DNA of 64,000 bases from a bacterium (GTDB lineage: Bacteria > Patescibacteriota > Minisyncoccia > UBA6257 > GWB1-50-10): positions 55,484 to 119,483 of the forward strand of contig NZBZ01000020.1 of NCBI GenBank assembly GCA_002686365.1, read 5' to 3'. The position numbers were made by a program, and so were the translations under genes. The stretch's first letter is position 1. Every line of letters begins with the position of its first letter. Shown here one piece after another: positions 38,369 through 47,928 of the stretch. The notes under the pieces are model-generated. The model made no database searches. It was not told the DNA's origin and worked only from the letters and a program-made list of their open reading frames with translations.

Positions 38369-40069
38369 TTACTTAAAGTAACGCGCAAACTCCTCCTTAG
38401 CCTGCTTGTATCTATTGCCCCAGCCCTTCATTTTTTGCAGCTTCTCCTCAAGGTCAAGCATGATTTTTGCTGAAACAAGAATAGATTCTATAGAATCACC
38501 ATCTCCATTTTCTGCAATTGTCTTTCCAATGGTCTGGTACATAGTCTTATAGCTATTTGTCTTAAATATCCGTTTCTTCCGGATAATTTTGTTATTATCC
38601 TCTGACTGATACTTAATAGCATCTGTTATGCGTATATTTTTATTAGGAACCTTAAGCTCTACAAAGTCTCTTGGTCCAACCCGTGAAGTGCCTTTTTCGC
38701 TAAACGTAGTGGTAAAGCATGCGCCATTCTCAAGCTCTATCCAGACTTCCACTGAACCATCCTGCATGAGTTTAATATCAGAATCCTTAGGCTTTGAAAA
38801 ATCATTGAGATGAAGGAAGTGATCAATCTGATGGCATCCATTTGCAAAAAATGTGCTTCTGGAAATAGGCCAGTTGTACCAGAAGAACTTAGGCTGAACA
38901 AGTTCGTACACAATAGAGTGGTATGAGATTGGATCTCCTTTCTTTATATCCAAATCCTCAAGCGCCATCTTGTTAAATACTCCATAGCGCTTGTGGAATC
39001 CAATAAATAGTTTTCTTCCAACTTTTCGTAATGCCTTTTCTAACTCATCTAAATCTTCGTAATCCATCACAACTGGTTTCTCAACAACAACATATGCTCC
39101 CTGACGCAAAGCATGCAGAGTTGTAGGCACATGAGTATTGTTATAGCTTGCCACAAAATATACATCTGCCTCTTCATTTTCTTTAGGGAAGGGAGATGTA
39201 TCCCATTTTTGAACTTTCCGTGCTCCGGAAATTTGTGTTGGGTCTGCCTCATGAACAGTCTGGATATTCACAAAGGGCTTCATGTAGGGAACAATGTTTA
39301 TTTTCGCGTAATTTCCAAAACCAAATAGAATTCCGCGCTTCTTAGAGCCTTTGCTTTGAATCTCACCCTTAGTTTCAGCAACTGCGCTTGGATTTTTTGC
39401 ATCAATCTGATCTGCCCAATCATTTTCCTTAATCTCTTTTTTCAAATTATCCTCAAGCTCCTTTTGAGTTTCTTGAGAAATCTTCATTCCTGAATACATA
39501 CTCCATCCTTTTATCTTCTCCCACCACATATCAACATCTCGATCTTTCGACATCTCAGAATCTCGATATCTCGATATCACAGCATCTTTATGTCCAGAAA
39601 TATTAGTATCTCGATATCTCGATATCTCGATATTTGTAAGAGGAGAGTACAAAATAGCATCTTCTTTTAGTTCAGGAATATCAGACTTTTCTAATTGAAA
39701 AATAAGTTCTTCAGGCAGGACAATGCGTTCAGGGAGCGCAGGGTGAAGCGGGGCAATAAGTCCAACAGTATCTCCTGCTTTAAGGGCTCCATTATCCGGT
39801 CCCTCAATAATCTTTCCTATGCCGTATGAAACATACTTCTCATTTCTTCGGCCTTCCCGAAGTCTGGACCATGTTTTCGTAATAAGTCCTTCAAGGCCTA
39901 CAACAGGAAAGTAGTTCCAAAGAAGCCGCAGACTTTTCTGCCTTGTGTGATACACGCCGGAAAGACGCTCAAGGTTCTTAAAAGCAAGAATTTGAACGCG
40001 ATATTCAGTGGGGTTTCTATAATAATCCAGATATCCATCCCTCCACTTTTTGCCGGTTAATATCCTCAT
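38369..40069 (-). CDS. Gfo/Idh/MocA-domain oxidoreductase with long N-terminal region and in-frame repeat insertion
   Basis: GFGNYA, VEKP, GFHKRY, NGCHQIDH; start at MRILTG. Confidence 0.75.
   Translation of the reverse strand: MRILTGKKWRDGYLDYYRNPTEYRVQILAFKNLERLSGVYHTRQKSLRLLWNYFPVVGLEGLITKTWSRLREGRRNEKYVSYGIGKIIEGPDNGALKAGDTVGLIAPLHPALPERIVLPEELIFQLEKSDIPELKEDAILYSPLTNIEISRYRDTNISGHKDAVISRYRDSEMSKDRDVDMWWEKIKGWSMYSGMKISQETQKELEDNLKKEIKENDWADQIDAKNPSAVAETKGEIQSKGSKKRGILFGFGNYAKINIVPYMKPFVNIQTVHEADPTQISGARKVQKWDTSPFPKENEEADVYFVASYNNTHVPTTLHALRQGAYVVVEKPVVMDYEDLDELEKALRKVGRKLFIGFHKRYGVFNKMALEDLDIKKGDPISYHSIVYELVQPKFFWYNWPISRSTFFANGCHQIDHFLHLNDFSKPKDSDIKLMQDGSVEVWIELENGACFTTTFSEKGTSRVGPRDFVELKVPNKNIRITDAIKYQSEDNNKIIRKKRIFKTNSYKTMYQTIGKTIAENGDGDSIESILVSAKIMLDLEEKLQKMKGWGNRYKQAKEEFARYFK
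39527..39634 (+). repeat. ATCTCGAT-family repeats inside a CDS
   Basis: Translates on the minus strand as NIEISRYRD...ISRYRD...RDVDM. Confidence 0.85.
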
Positions 40070-40318
40070 ATAAGCACCAAAATTATACCCGCATTTCACT
40101 GATAAAAACAAGCGATATCTCTACATCTCCCACAAAACTACGAGCACAGCGAGTATAGTTTTGTGAGGACCCTGAGCAAAGCGAAGGGTTTCAGTAAAAG
40201 TCCGACATATAAACACTTCTTGCTTGTTACCTTTAGAAGGGCAGTAACGTAGTACTAATGAAGATAAAACAGGTCGACAAATTGACTTCTAAACAGGAAA
40301 AATAATATAATAAAACTA

Positions 40319-41989
40319 ATGAAAAAATACATATTCACCACACTGGTCGCGAGCATACTCATAACACTCCTTGCGAGCACTTCAGTTCGAGCAGAGGAAA
40401 CAGGAAGTGACGCAAGCGCAGTCGACGGAGACTCCTCAAGTGTCACAATAGTCGATGGGGTAGAGTCAGATGATATTAGTGTCGACAAAACAGAGTCAAA
40501 CGACGTTAGTGTTGATGGAAGCTCTCCAACTAAGGATTTCATCTGTACAATGGAGTACGCTCCAGTATGCGGAAAAGACAGCAAAACATACTCAAATGAG
40601 TGCATGGCAAAAGGATCTGGAGTGGAAGTTGCGTATAAAGGGGAGTGTAAGGACATCATAGTAGTGCCTGCGCTCGACGCAACCCAACAGCCAAATCTGA
40701 TAAAGCCGCCTACTCCTAACGAGTCAGGAGCTATAACAGAATCAGTTAAAGACATAAGCATAGACAGGGACAAAGACAAACGAGCTATTAAAATAGAGAA
40801 ACGACTCTTTGTTGCTCCTATCCGAGCAGTAGAAACTACTAAAACAGAAAAAACAAACTGCGGAGTGGAAGGGAGGCTTCTCGGAGAATACAATAGACTG
40901 ATTCTCGAACTTAAGCGGGCAGAGCGGGCAAAACAAGAAGAAAAGCAGAAGGATATAATGCAGCAGATTAGGAAGCTGAAGGAAGAAATAAACAAAGAAA
41001 GAGAGGGGTGCAATATTGTCCGGCCAACTATTATAAGATCGACAACACAATCAAAGCCAGCTCCAGTAACTGCAAAGCCATCAGTAAGGCCTATAAGCGC
41101 AGAGCTGAAAAATATAGAAGTTCTCAGTCTATGCAGGCAGATTCCAGCTTTGGACAGAAAAATTGAATTTTACAAAAATGCATCTGAGGACGCATCCGAG
41201 GAAACAAGCTTCTCTGAAAAAGATATGGAGAAAATAGTGGAAGAGCTTATCGATCGGAAAGAAGCAATCAGAGAGAAGTATGAATGTAAGGAGGTAGTAG
41301 AAATACAAGATGCTGTTGCTATAAGCGCAGATGGAGATTACGAAGGCCCAATCATGAAACCTATCGTGCCAGACTCTGTAAAAGAAATTGGAAGATATTA
41401 CAGGGCGCGCATTGAAGAGGCAACTGAGACAGAAGAGGGAGAGGAGGAAGAGGCTCAAATTGAACGTCTTCGCGAGGTTCGTATAGAAGTGGACGGACTT
41501 GTAAAGAAATTCATCAAGAGCAAAAAAGAAATCAGAATGGAGGATTTGCAGGGAGTTACAGAAACAATAAACATTCAAAAAGGAAGAATTCATGCAGATG
41601 ATGTATCTGTAGAAGCAGAAGGAAAAACAATTCAGCTTTCAGAAAAGATACGCATTAAGCCAATGCGAAGGAGGGTGTTGATTCAGGAGGGGGAGTTGGA
41701 AATAGAAGCGCAGAACATCACAGTTGAAGATGGAGAGATGAAGGTTGGAAAAGGAAAGGCGCCGGTAAAAATTTCAGCAGAATGGGTAGTGCAGAATATT
41801 GAAAAGCCAATACAAAAAATTGAACTAAAAGAAGAGAATAACAAGGCAGTATATAAAATAAAAGTAAGGGAGCAGAAAAAATTCCTCGGCTTCATTCCAA
41901 TGAGAATATCAAAAACACTGAAGGTAGAGGCAGAAGAGGGTGAGCAGATCGCAGAAGAATTCCCTTGGTACTCATTCCTTTTCAGGTAA
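40319..41989 (+). CDS. Secreted protein with Kazal-type serine-protease-inhibitor domain
   Basis: Signal peptide; ICTMEYAPVCGKDSKTYSNEC...AYKGEC. Confidence 0.85.
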   Translation: MKKYIFTTLVASILITLLASTSVRAEETGSDASAVDGDSSSVTIVDGVESDDISVDKTESNDVSVDGSSPTKDFICTMEYAPVCGKDSKTYSNECMAKGSGVEVAYKGECKDIIVVPALDATQQPNLIKPPTPNESGAITESVKDISIDRDKDKRAIKIEKRLFVAPIRAVETTKTEKTNCGVEGRLLGEYNRLILELKRAERAKQEEKQKDIMQQIRKLKEEINKEREGCNIVRPTIIRSTTQSKPAPVTAKPSVRPISAELKNIEVLSLCRQIPALDRKIEFYKNASEDASEETSFSEKDMEKIVEELIDRKEAIREKYECKEVVEIQDAVAISADGDYEGPIMKPIVPDSVKEIGRYYRARIEEATETEEGEEEEAQIERLREVRIEVDGLVKKFIKSKKEIRMEDLQGVTETINIQKGRIHADDVSVEAEGKTIQLSEKIRIKPMRRRVLIQEGELEIEAQNITVEDGEMKVGKGKAPVKISAEWVVQNIEKPIQKIELKEENNKAVYKIKVREQKKFLGFIPMRISKTLKVEAEEGEQIAEEFPWYSFLFR

Positions 41990-42002
41990 ATCCATAAATC
42001 TC

Positions 42003-42031
42003 AAACACCTCCGCATTGCCGGGGGTGTTTT
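42003..42031 (+). terminator. Rho-independent terminator
   Basis: AAACACCTC...GGGGTGTTTT right after the stop codon. Confidence 0.7.
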
Positions 42032-42040
42032 GTAAGGGCG

Positions 42041-42660
42041 TATAAATTCTAAGGCGGCAACTCACGGTCACGGTGTTGCCGCCTTCGATCATGCACGAAC
42101 CGCATGATTAAACATAGGTATAGGCTGATTAGGCTGCTCGTGTCGCCTAGTTAGTCCTTGGCCTTCGTTGTGGGCGTAACGATCTCTGCCGCCTCTTTGA
42201 CGGTCGCGTCTCGACGTCTCTCGAGCACGTCTGGTCTAAGCATGAATGTCTCCCATAGGCACGGTGTGCTCCAGAGAGCCATGGAGCGTTATTGCCCATA
42301 ACTCCAAAGAACTAATTTCAGTATAACAAAATATAAAGACGTATATATAACAAGACGGCATTCTCGGTCCCGAATGCCGCCCTATCTAAAATCCGGACAC
42401 GCCGGACTATTGGCGTGTAATTGCGTGCTACCATTTAGCAGCACAGCCCTGTTCGATACCACAGAACTAATTGCAGTATAACGAAGACGTCTATAAATTC
42501 CAAGGCGGCACTGATCCACTGACCAAGATGCCGCCTTACGATTTTGGGTGTGTACAAGGTACCTGCAGAGTATCCCTAGGTCTAGGCACCGAGCGCATTA
42601 AGTGCTGCCGTTTAGCAGCGCAGCTCTGTTCGATACCACAGAACTAATTGCAGTATAACA
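42041..42660 (-). ncRNA. Tandem array of three putative small transcription units (promoter, conserved leader, terminator)
   Basis: TATACT at 42652-57, 42475-80 and 42320-25. A 58-nt block is 54/58 identical between two units. GCGGCA...TGCCGC-type hairpins end each unit. Confidence 0.55.
42151..42243 (-). CDS. Possible 30-aa peptide MLRPDVLERRRDATVKEAAEIVTPTTKAKD
   Basis: GGGAG SD-like site 6 nt upstream of ATG, inside the longest unit of the array. Confidence 0.35.
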   Translation of the reverse strand: MLRPDVLERRRDATVKEAAEIVTPTTKAKD

Positions 42661-42662
42661 AA

Positions 42663-43208
42663 AATTAAAGATACTCCAAATATCCCTTGGCAAGTACTGG
42701 GGTTGAGTTGACAAAAACTGTATCTAGGTTCAAAGTAGGAACAGCTTAAGCGCGCAACAGGTATCATCCAAGTCAAAGTGCCCGCCAGCAGGAGATCCCA
42801 GCATGACAGAGCCAGTAGGAAGAGGAATTTGTCTTTACGGACATCCAGCGTCCCTGCCTTCAGACAGTGAGATGGAATGGATGGTCCGAAAAGCCGGAGG
42901 ATTGGAACGCGACGAGGTGAACGCTACAACAAGGCCACGGAAGGACGGAATATGGGTCGTCGTGGCCATCATTGGTTCATCGGTGTCAGACGAAAAGTGG
43001 CAGAGAGTCGTGGATGCCGTCTCGGCGATTTCCGTGCCTCTCTCGGCACTTCGACAGGCCTCATAGCCCCCGCTACGTACGCCGAGAAGAACGCTATTCT
43101 CCATCGTAACCCGTCTCAAGCTAACCAAAGCAGAGGCGGATTTTTTTCGCTCAGGTTTTCGTTAATTAAAGATACTCCAAGTATCTCTTGGCAAGTACTG
43201 GGGTTGAG
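42663..43208. repeat. 45-bp direct repeat (42663-42707 and 43164-43208) duplicating the 3' end of the GT4 gene
   Basis: 43/45 identical; brackets a 456-bp insert. Confidence 0.9.
42803..43066 (+). CDS. Hypothetical protein, 87 aa
   Basis: SD AGGAG, upstream TTGACA (42708), downstream hairpin plus T-run (43111-43147); GC-richer than flanks. Confidence 0.6.
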   Translation: MTEPVGRGICLYGHPASLPSDSEMEWMVRKAGGLERDEVNATTRPRKDGIWVVVAIIGSSVSDEKWQRVVDAVSAISVPLSALRQAS

Positions 43209-44377
43209 AAGTGCTCCTTTGTGAAAATATACCCCCTCTCTCCCAAAAGACTTCTTCTAGATTTACTTTTGGAGAGCTGGAGAATTGCTTTCTTAATATG
43301 TTCTCTGTCTCCGGGCTTTGTGCAGATGCCGCACTTTGCATGCTTGCATACTAGGTCTGCTGTGACTCCCTCCATCGCAGCAATCACGGGCCTTTTCAAA
43401 GCCATATAATCCAAAACCTTAGTAACATAGACATATTTTAAAAAGTTTTCTCTTCTAAGAGAGACAACACATATATCAGATGCAGAGATATATCCTGCAA
43501 TCTTATCTCTGGGAACAGGATCTAAAAACTCTACATTTCGAATGCCATAGGCCTTTGCCCGATTCATAATGTGTGACTTCTGCCTGCCGTCTCCGATAAA
43601 GGCAAAGTGAACATTCGCGGATTCTTCCTGAAGGCTATATGCAGCATCAAGCAGAGCATCAAAATCATATGCAGGACCATGAGAGCCGCTATAGAGTATC
43701 ACGCACTTATCATCCCACCCCAACTCACTGCGAAGCCTGAACCCATCCTGCGATTTATCTCTGATAAGATCAAACTCAACAGGATTTGGAACAACCCCGA
43801 TAATATCTTCTGGCACTCCTTTTCTTTGTACTAAAAACTGTTTAAATCCCGGAGAGTTCACAACAATCCTTCGAGCCCTCTTATACAAAAATCGTTCAAA
43901 AGAGTAGGCCATTTTAATAAGAAGTCTGTTTTTCATCCTTCCGAGCTCAATAGCCTCATCAGGAAAAAGACCCTGTACTTCGAGCACAAATGGTACACGC
44001 CTAATACGGCTCACAAAATATCCGGCAAATCCCAAAAGAATAGACGGAGAAGAGGCAATAATAACACTCGGCTTTTTTACAAGCAGTCCGGCAATAAGAG
44101 CTGAAATAAAAAACGTGCCATGTGAAAGCACGCGCCCCACAAATGTCCTATACCATATAAACGTACTCCACACCCGAAGAATCTCAGCAGCTCCATCCTT
44201 CTCCCGATAAATAAGTCCGGCTTTAGCGTATCGCTTTCCAGTCATGTAGTTAAACATGCCGGCGATAATAGTCGTATCATATCTGTCCTGTTTCCAGTAC
44301 TTTGAGAATAAATTAAAACGGGATATACCCGCCTCATTTAATCTCGTATAAAACTGATGGAAGACTAAAATTTTCAT
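43166..44377 (-). CDS. Glycosyltransferase family 4 (WbuB-like)
   Basis: MKILVFHQFY, ASSP, IGDG..K, K..DYMA. Confidence 0.88.
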   Translation of the reverse strand: MKILVFHQFYTRLNEAGISRFNLFSKYWKQDRYDTTIIAGMFNYMTGKRYAKAGLIYREKDGAAEILRVWSTFIWYRTFVGRVLSHGTFFISALIAGLLVKKPSVIIASSPSILLGFAGYFVSRIRRVPFVLEVQGLFPDEAIELGRMKNRLLIKMAYSFERFLYKRARRIVVNSPGFKQFLVQRKGVPEDIIGVVPNPVEFDLIRDKSQDGFRLRSELGWDDKCVILYSGSHGPAYDFDALLDAAYSLQEESANVHFAFIGDGRQKSHIMNRAKAYGIRNVEFLDPVPRDKIAGYISASDICVVSLRRENFLKYVYVTKVLDYMALKRPVIAAMEGVTADLVCKHAKCGICTKPGDREHIKKAILQLSKSKSRRSLLGERGYIFTKEHFSTPVLAKRYLEYL

Positions 44378-44378
44378 A

Positions 44379-46268
44379 TTACGAGAACCAGTAATCGTAC
44401 CACAAAGACAGAGTGATAAGATTCCAAATGCGGAAGGTATGATTTTCTTTTCCACTCTGATGTTCTTTGATAAGACTCTTTATATATTCGTAATCAAAAA
44501 GTTTACGTTCCTTAAGCTTTGAATTGAAAATAATATCTGTAAACTCTTTTGCAGTCTCTCTATTTTTCAGCCACTCAGCAACTGGAGCACCAAATCCCTG
44601 TTTTTTTCTATCGATTATCTCGTCAGGAATGATGCCGCGCACAGCCTGCTTTAGAACATTCTTTGTCTTACTGCCTTTTATTTTTAAGTCCTGCGGAATA
44701 CTCATGGCAAGCTCTACCAGTCGATGGTCAAGAAATGGAACACGCGTCTCAATGGAGTTTGCCATTGCCATCCTATCAACTCGCATAAGAAGAAACTCAG
44801 CAAGACGAATCTTTATATCCACATATGCCATCCGCTTCAGATTATCAGCATTAGGATCTGCAGAATCAATTTCAGCATACAAATCCTGAATAACCTGATA
44901 CGCAGGGTCCTGAGGCATGCGCCTAGCAAAATGAGGAGAGAGTAGCTTATCTTTCATGCTCCCAGAAAAGGCAACAGCATGTCCCCAAAAAGGCTCCTGA
45001 CCAAGCACGAGACGATCCGCATAAATCCGTGAAAATGCAGATTTGGCAAACACTTTGGACATGCGCCGCAGGAAGATAGGCAATCTGCGAGCTATTTTCC
45101 AAAAAGGAAGTAAACGGGCAGCCCGCAGGTATGAGTCATATCCTGCAAAAATCTCATCTGCGCCCTCACCAACTTGCGCAACAATAACGCCATTATCTCG
45201 GGCAAGTTTTGATATAGAGTAGACTAAGAAACAGATATGATCTGCGTTTGGATCATCAGTATGTGCAGAAAACTCAGGTAGAAAGTTTATAAAATCTTCT
45301 CGTCCCACAAGCACCTCATGCTTTTTTGCGCCTAAGAGGTCTGCAATTTTTCGAGAGTGCTTAAACTCATTGTACTGCTCTTTAAAGTCCTTCACTCCAA
45401 TAGAAAATGTTTCTACTGGTTCTCCAAGCGCGCGCGACATGAGCGCAGCATTGGTAGATGAATCAATCCCGCCTGAGAGAAAGCATCCAAAAGGAACATC
45501 TGAAACCATCTGCTTTTTTATTGAATCCTCAAGCAGTAATTTTGTCTCAGACGCATAAGGCTCTTCAGAATGCTTTTCTGTATTAGATGCAGGGTTCCAG
45601 TACTCCTCTGTCTTGAGCTTGCCTGATGAATCAATAGTAAGAGTATGCGCAGAGGGAAGTTTCTGAACTCCTTTGAATAGTGTGTGTGGGGCAGGCATGC
45701 ATCCGAATGTAAGATAATACGAAATATTATTCTCATTAAGCTCTTTTTTGAAATCAGGATGTTTCAGAATGGCCTTAATCTCTGATCCAAAAAGAAATCG
45801 TCCGTTTTCAAAAGAATAATACAGGGGCTTAATGCCAAGCTGGTCCCGCGCTGCAAAAAGAGTCTTTTTCTTCTCGTCCCAGATTACAAAGGCAAACATT
45901 CCATTAAACTTTTTCACGCACTCTGCGCCATACTCTTCGTATGCGTGGATAATTACCTCTGTATCTGACTTAGAGCGAAATGTATGTCCGCGTCTCTCAA
46001 GCTCCTTGCGCAAACTCTGAAAGTTATAAATCTCTCCATTATATGTAATCCAGATTGTCTTATCCTCATTCGTCATTGGCTGGTGTCCAGCCTCTGTTAA
46101 ATCAATAATCGAAAGCCGTCTGTGAGCCAAGCCAACACGTAAATCAGGGGAGATATAAGTACCCTCATCATCAGGTCCTCGGTGCTCTAAAACATCTCTC
46201 ATGGAGATCAGATCCGCTTTTTGCACCTCTTTTTTATTCAAATTATATATACCTGTAATACCACACAT
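44379..46268 (-). CDS. asnB: Asparagine synthase (glutamine-hydrolysing) family amidotransferase
   Basis: MCGITG, HRGPD, HRRLSIID, NGEIYN, SGGIDSS, GEGADE, RVPFLD. In this context probably a glycan amidotransferase. Confidence 0.93.
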   Translation of the reverse strand: MCGITGIYNLNKKEVQKADLISMRDVLEHRGPDDEGTYISPDLRVGLAHRRLSIIDLTEAGHQPMTNEDKTIWITYNGEIYNFQSLRKELERRGHTFRSKSDTEVIIHAYEEYGAECVKKFNGMFAFVIWDEKKKTLFAARDQLGIKPLYYSFENGRFLFGSEIKAILKHPDFKKELNENNISYYLTFGCMPAPHTLFKGVQKLPSAHTLTIDSSGKLKTEEYWNPASNTEKHSEEPYASETKLLLEDSIKKQMVSDVPFGCFLSGGIDSSTNAALMSRALGEPVETFSIGVKDFKEQYNEFKHSRKIADLLGAKKHEVLVGREDFINFLPEFSAHTDDPNADHICFLVYSISKLARDNGVIVAQVGEGADEIFAGYDSYLRAARLLPFWKIARRLPIFLRRMSKVFAKSAFSRIYADRLVLGQEPFWGHAVAFSGSMKDKLLSPHFARRMPQDPAYQVIQDLYAEIDSADPNADNLKRMAYVDIKIRLAEFLLMRVDRMAMANSIETRVPFLDHRLVELAMSIPQDLKIKGSKTKNVLKQAVRGIIPDEIIDRKKQGFGAPVAEWLKNRETAKEFTDIIFNSKLKERKLFDYEYIKSLIKEHQSGKENHTFRIWNLITLSLWYDYWFS

Positions 46269-46331
46269 ATTGCCTCTATAGTATGCGTTTTTGCTTGATT
46301 TTTCAAAGATTCTCAATTACTCTATCTCAAT

Positions 46332-47030
46332 ATGAAAGCCGTAATTCTAGCAGGCGGAATGGGAACTAGACTTCGCCCAATTACCTATGAGATTCCTAAG
46401 CCACTTGTGCCAGTAAAGAAAAAGCCAATAATCAATCATCTGATTGATTTCTTTAATAAGCAGGGAGTTGATAAAATCGGTATTCTTGCAAGCAGGAAGC
46501 ACAGAAAGGACTTTAAGAAGTGGAGAAAGGCATGGGAAAAAAGCATACCAAGCGAAAAAATGGAAATGTTCTATGAAGATACGCCGCGAGGCACATTCGG
46601 AGGAATGGAGCTAGTGCGTGAGTGGCTTGGGAATGAGACATTTTTGCTCACAAATGGAGATGAGCTCAAAGACCTTGATTTAAAAAATCTACAGGAATTT
46701 CATGGAAGCCACGAGGGAGTAGGCACAATCTGGCTTGTTGAGGTTCCAAATGCCAATGAGTATGGAGTACCAATATTAGACGGGCACAGAATAATCGAAT
46801 TTCTGGAAAAGCCAAAGAATCCGCCATCTAACTATATAAATTCAGGACTATATGTATTTAATCCAGAAATTTTTGATTATGCGAATTTCTCTAATGAGCA
46901 AATATCAACTGAACGAGACATCTTTCCAAGACTCGCAAAAAAAGGAAAACTTTTTGGCCATAAAGCAGAAGGCCGATGGTATGACTGCGGTAACTTAGAA
47001 CGCTGGGAGAAGGCTATTCGTGAGTGGTAA
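46332..47030 (+). CDS. Sugar-phosphate nucleotidyltransferase
   Basis: AVILAGGMGTRLRP...PKPL, EKP, WYDCG. Confidence 0.9.
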   Translation: MKAVILAGGMGTRLRPITYEIPKPLVPVKKKPIINHLIDFFNKQGVDKIGILASRKHRKDFKKWRKAWEKSIPSEKMEMFYEDTPRGTFGGMELVREWLGNETFLLTNGDELKDLDLKNLQEFHGSHEGVGTIWLVEVPNANEYGVPILDGHRIIEFLEKPKNPPSNYINSGLYVFNPEIFDYANFSNEQISTERDIFPRLAKKGKLFGHKAEGRWYDCGNLERWEKAIREW

Positions 47031-47928
47031 GAGTTCGCCTCACACCTTCTTCGAGTTTTATAACAGGCTCCCAATTAAGGAGCTTTTTTGCTTTTGAGGA
47101 ATCAAGAGATATGTGCATAACCTCTCCCTTGCGAAAGGGCGCATAAGTTGGTTCTTTTTTATAGTCAAGCACATCAGCAATTATTTGAAATATCTCTTTA
47201 TCAGAAACCTCCTTGCCCCAGCCAATGTTTGCCACATCATTCTTGCCTTTTGTAAGAGCAAGAAGATTTGCAGAGACAATATCTGAGACGTGAACATAGT
47301 CCCGCGTCTTACTCCCATCTCCAAAAATAGTTGGCTGCTTTCCATCTTGAATGAGTTCGGAGAAGATTGCGACAATTCCAGCCTCGCCTTTTGGATCCTG
47401 ACGAGGCCCATATGCATTCGCATATCGAAAGCCAAAGTAGGTGAATGATCCCATCTTTGCATAAAAACGAATAACATCTTCAGCAAGAGCTTTTGAAAGC
47501 GCATATGGAGAGATAGGGTCTCGGGGAGCAGATTCAGAAACAGGGAGCTTCTTTGGATCTCCATACATTACTCCGCCAGTTGATGCAAAAAGAAGCCGCT
47601 TTACGCCAAATTCATTAGCGCACAAACAGATATTTGTAGTTCCCAAGACATTAGTTTCTATAGTGGGAATAGGATCTCTAAGAGAAGCTCCAACTGCGGC
47701 AATAGCAGCATGGTGATTTACAACTTCAGGCTGTTCCTTTTGAAAAACCTCTCGGAGCGCGTCAAGGTCAAGAATATCAGCCTCATACAGCCGCGCCTTA
47801 GGATTTATATTTTTCTTCGAACCAGTAGAAAGATTATCAATTATAACTACTTCATGACCCGCCTCTATATAGGCATCAACAATATGAGACCCAATGAATC
47901 CTGCCCCGCCTGTAATAAGAATTTTCAT
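47014..47928 (-). CDS. galE: UDP-glucose 4-epimerase-like NAD-dependent epimerase
   Basis: TGGAGFIGSH, ASTGG, SPYALSK, YGPRQDPKGEAG, TRDYVHV. Confidence 0.85.
   Translation of the reverse strand: MKILITGGAGFIGSHIVDAYIEAGHEVVIIDNLSTGSKKNINPKARLYEADILDLDALREVFQKEQPEVVNHHAAIAAVGASLRDPIPTIETNVLGTTNICLCANEFGVKRLLFASTGGVMYGDPKKLPVSESAPRDPISPYALSKALAEDVIRFYAKMGSFTYFGFRYANAYGPRQDPKGEAGIVAIFSELIQDGKQPTIFGDGSKTRDYVHVSDIVSANLLALTKGKNDVANIGWGKEVSDKEIFQIIADVLDYKKEPTYAPFRKGEVMHISLDSSKAKKLLNWEPVIKLEEGVRRTLTTHE

Noticed and set aside
40255-41013. 252-aa minus-strand ORF
   Set aside because: Antisense shadow of the Kazal-domain gene.
42041-42660. CRISPR array or integron attC array
   Set aside because: Unit lengths are irregular, each unit has promoter and terminator features, no attC core sites were recognised, and there is no cas or integrase gene.
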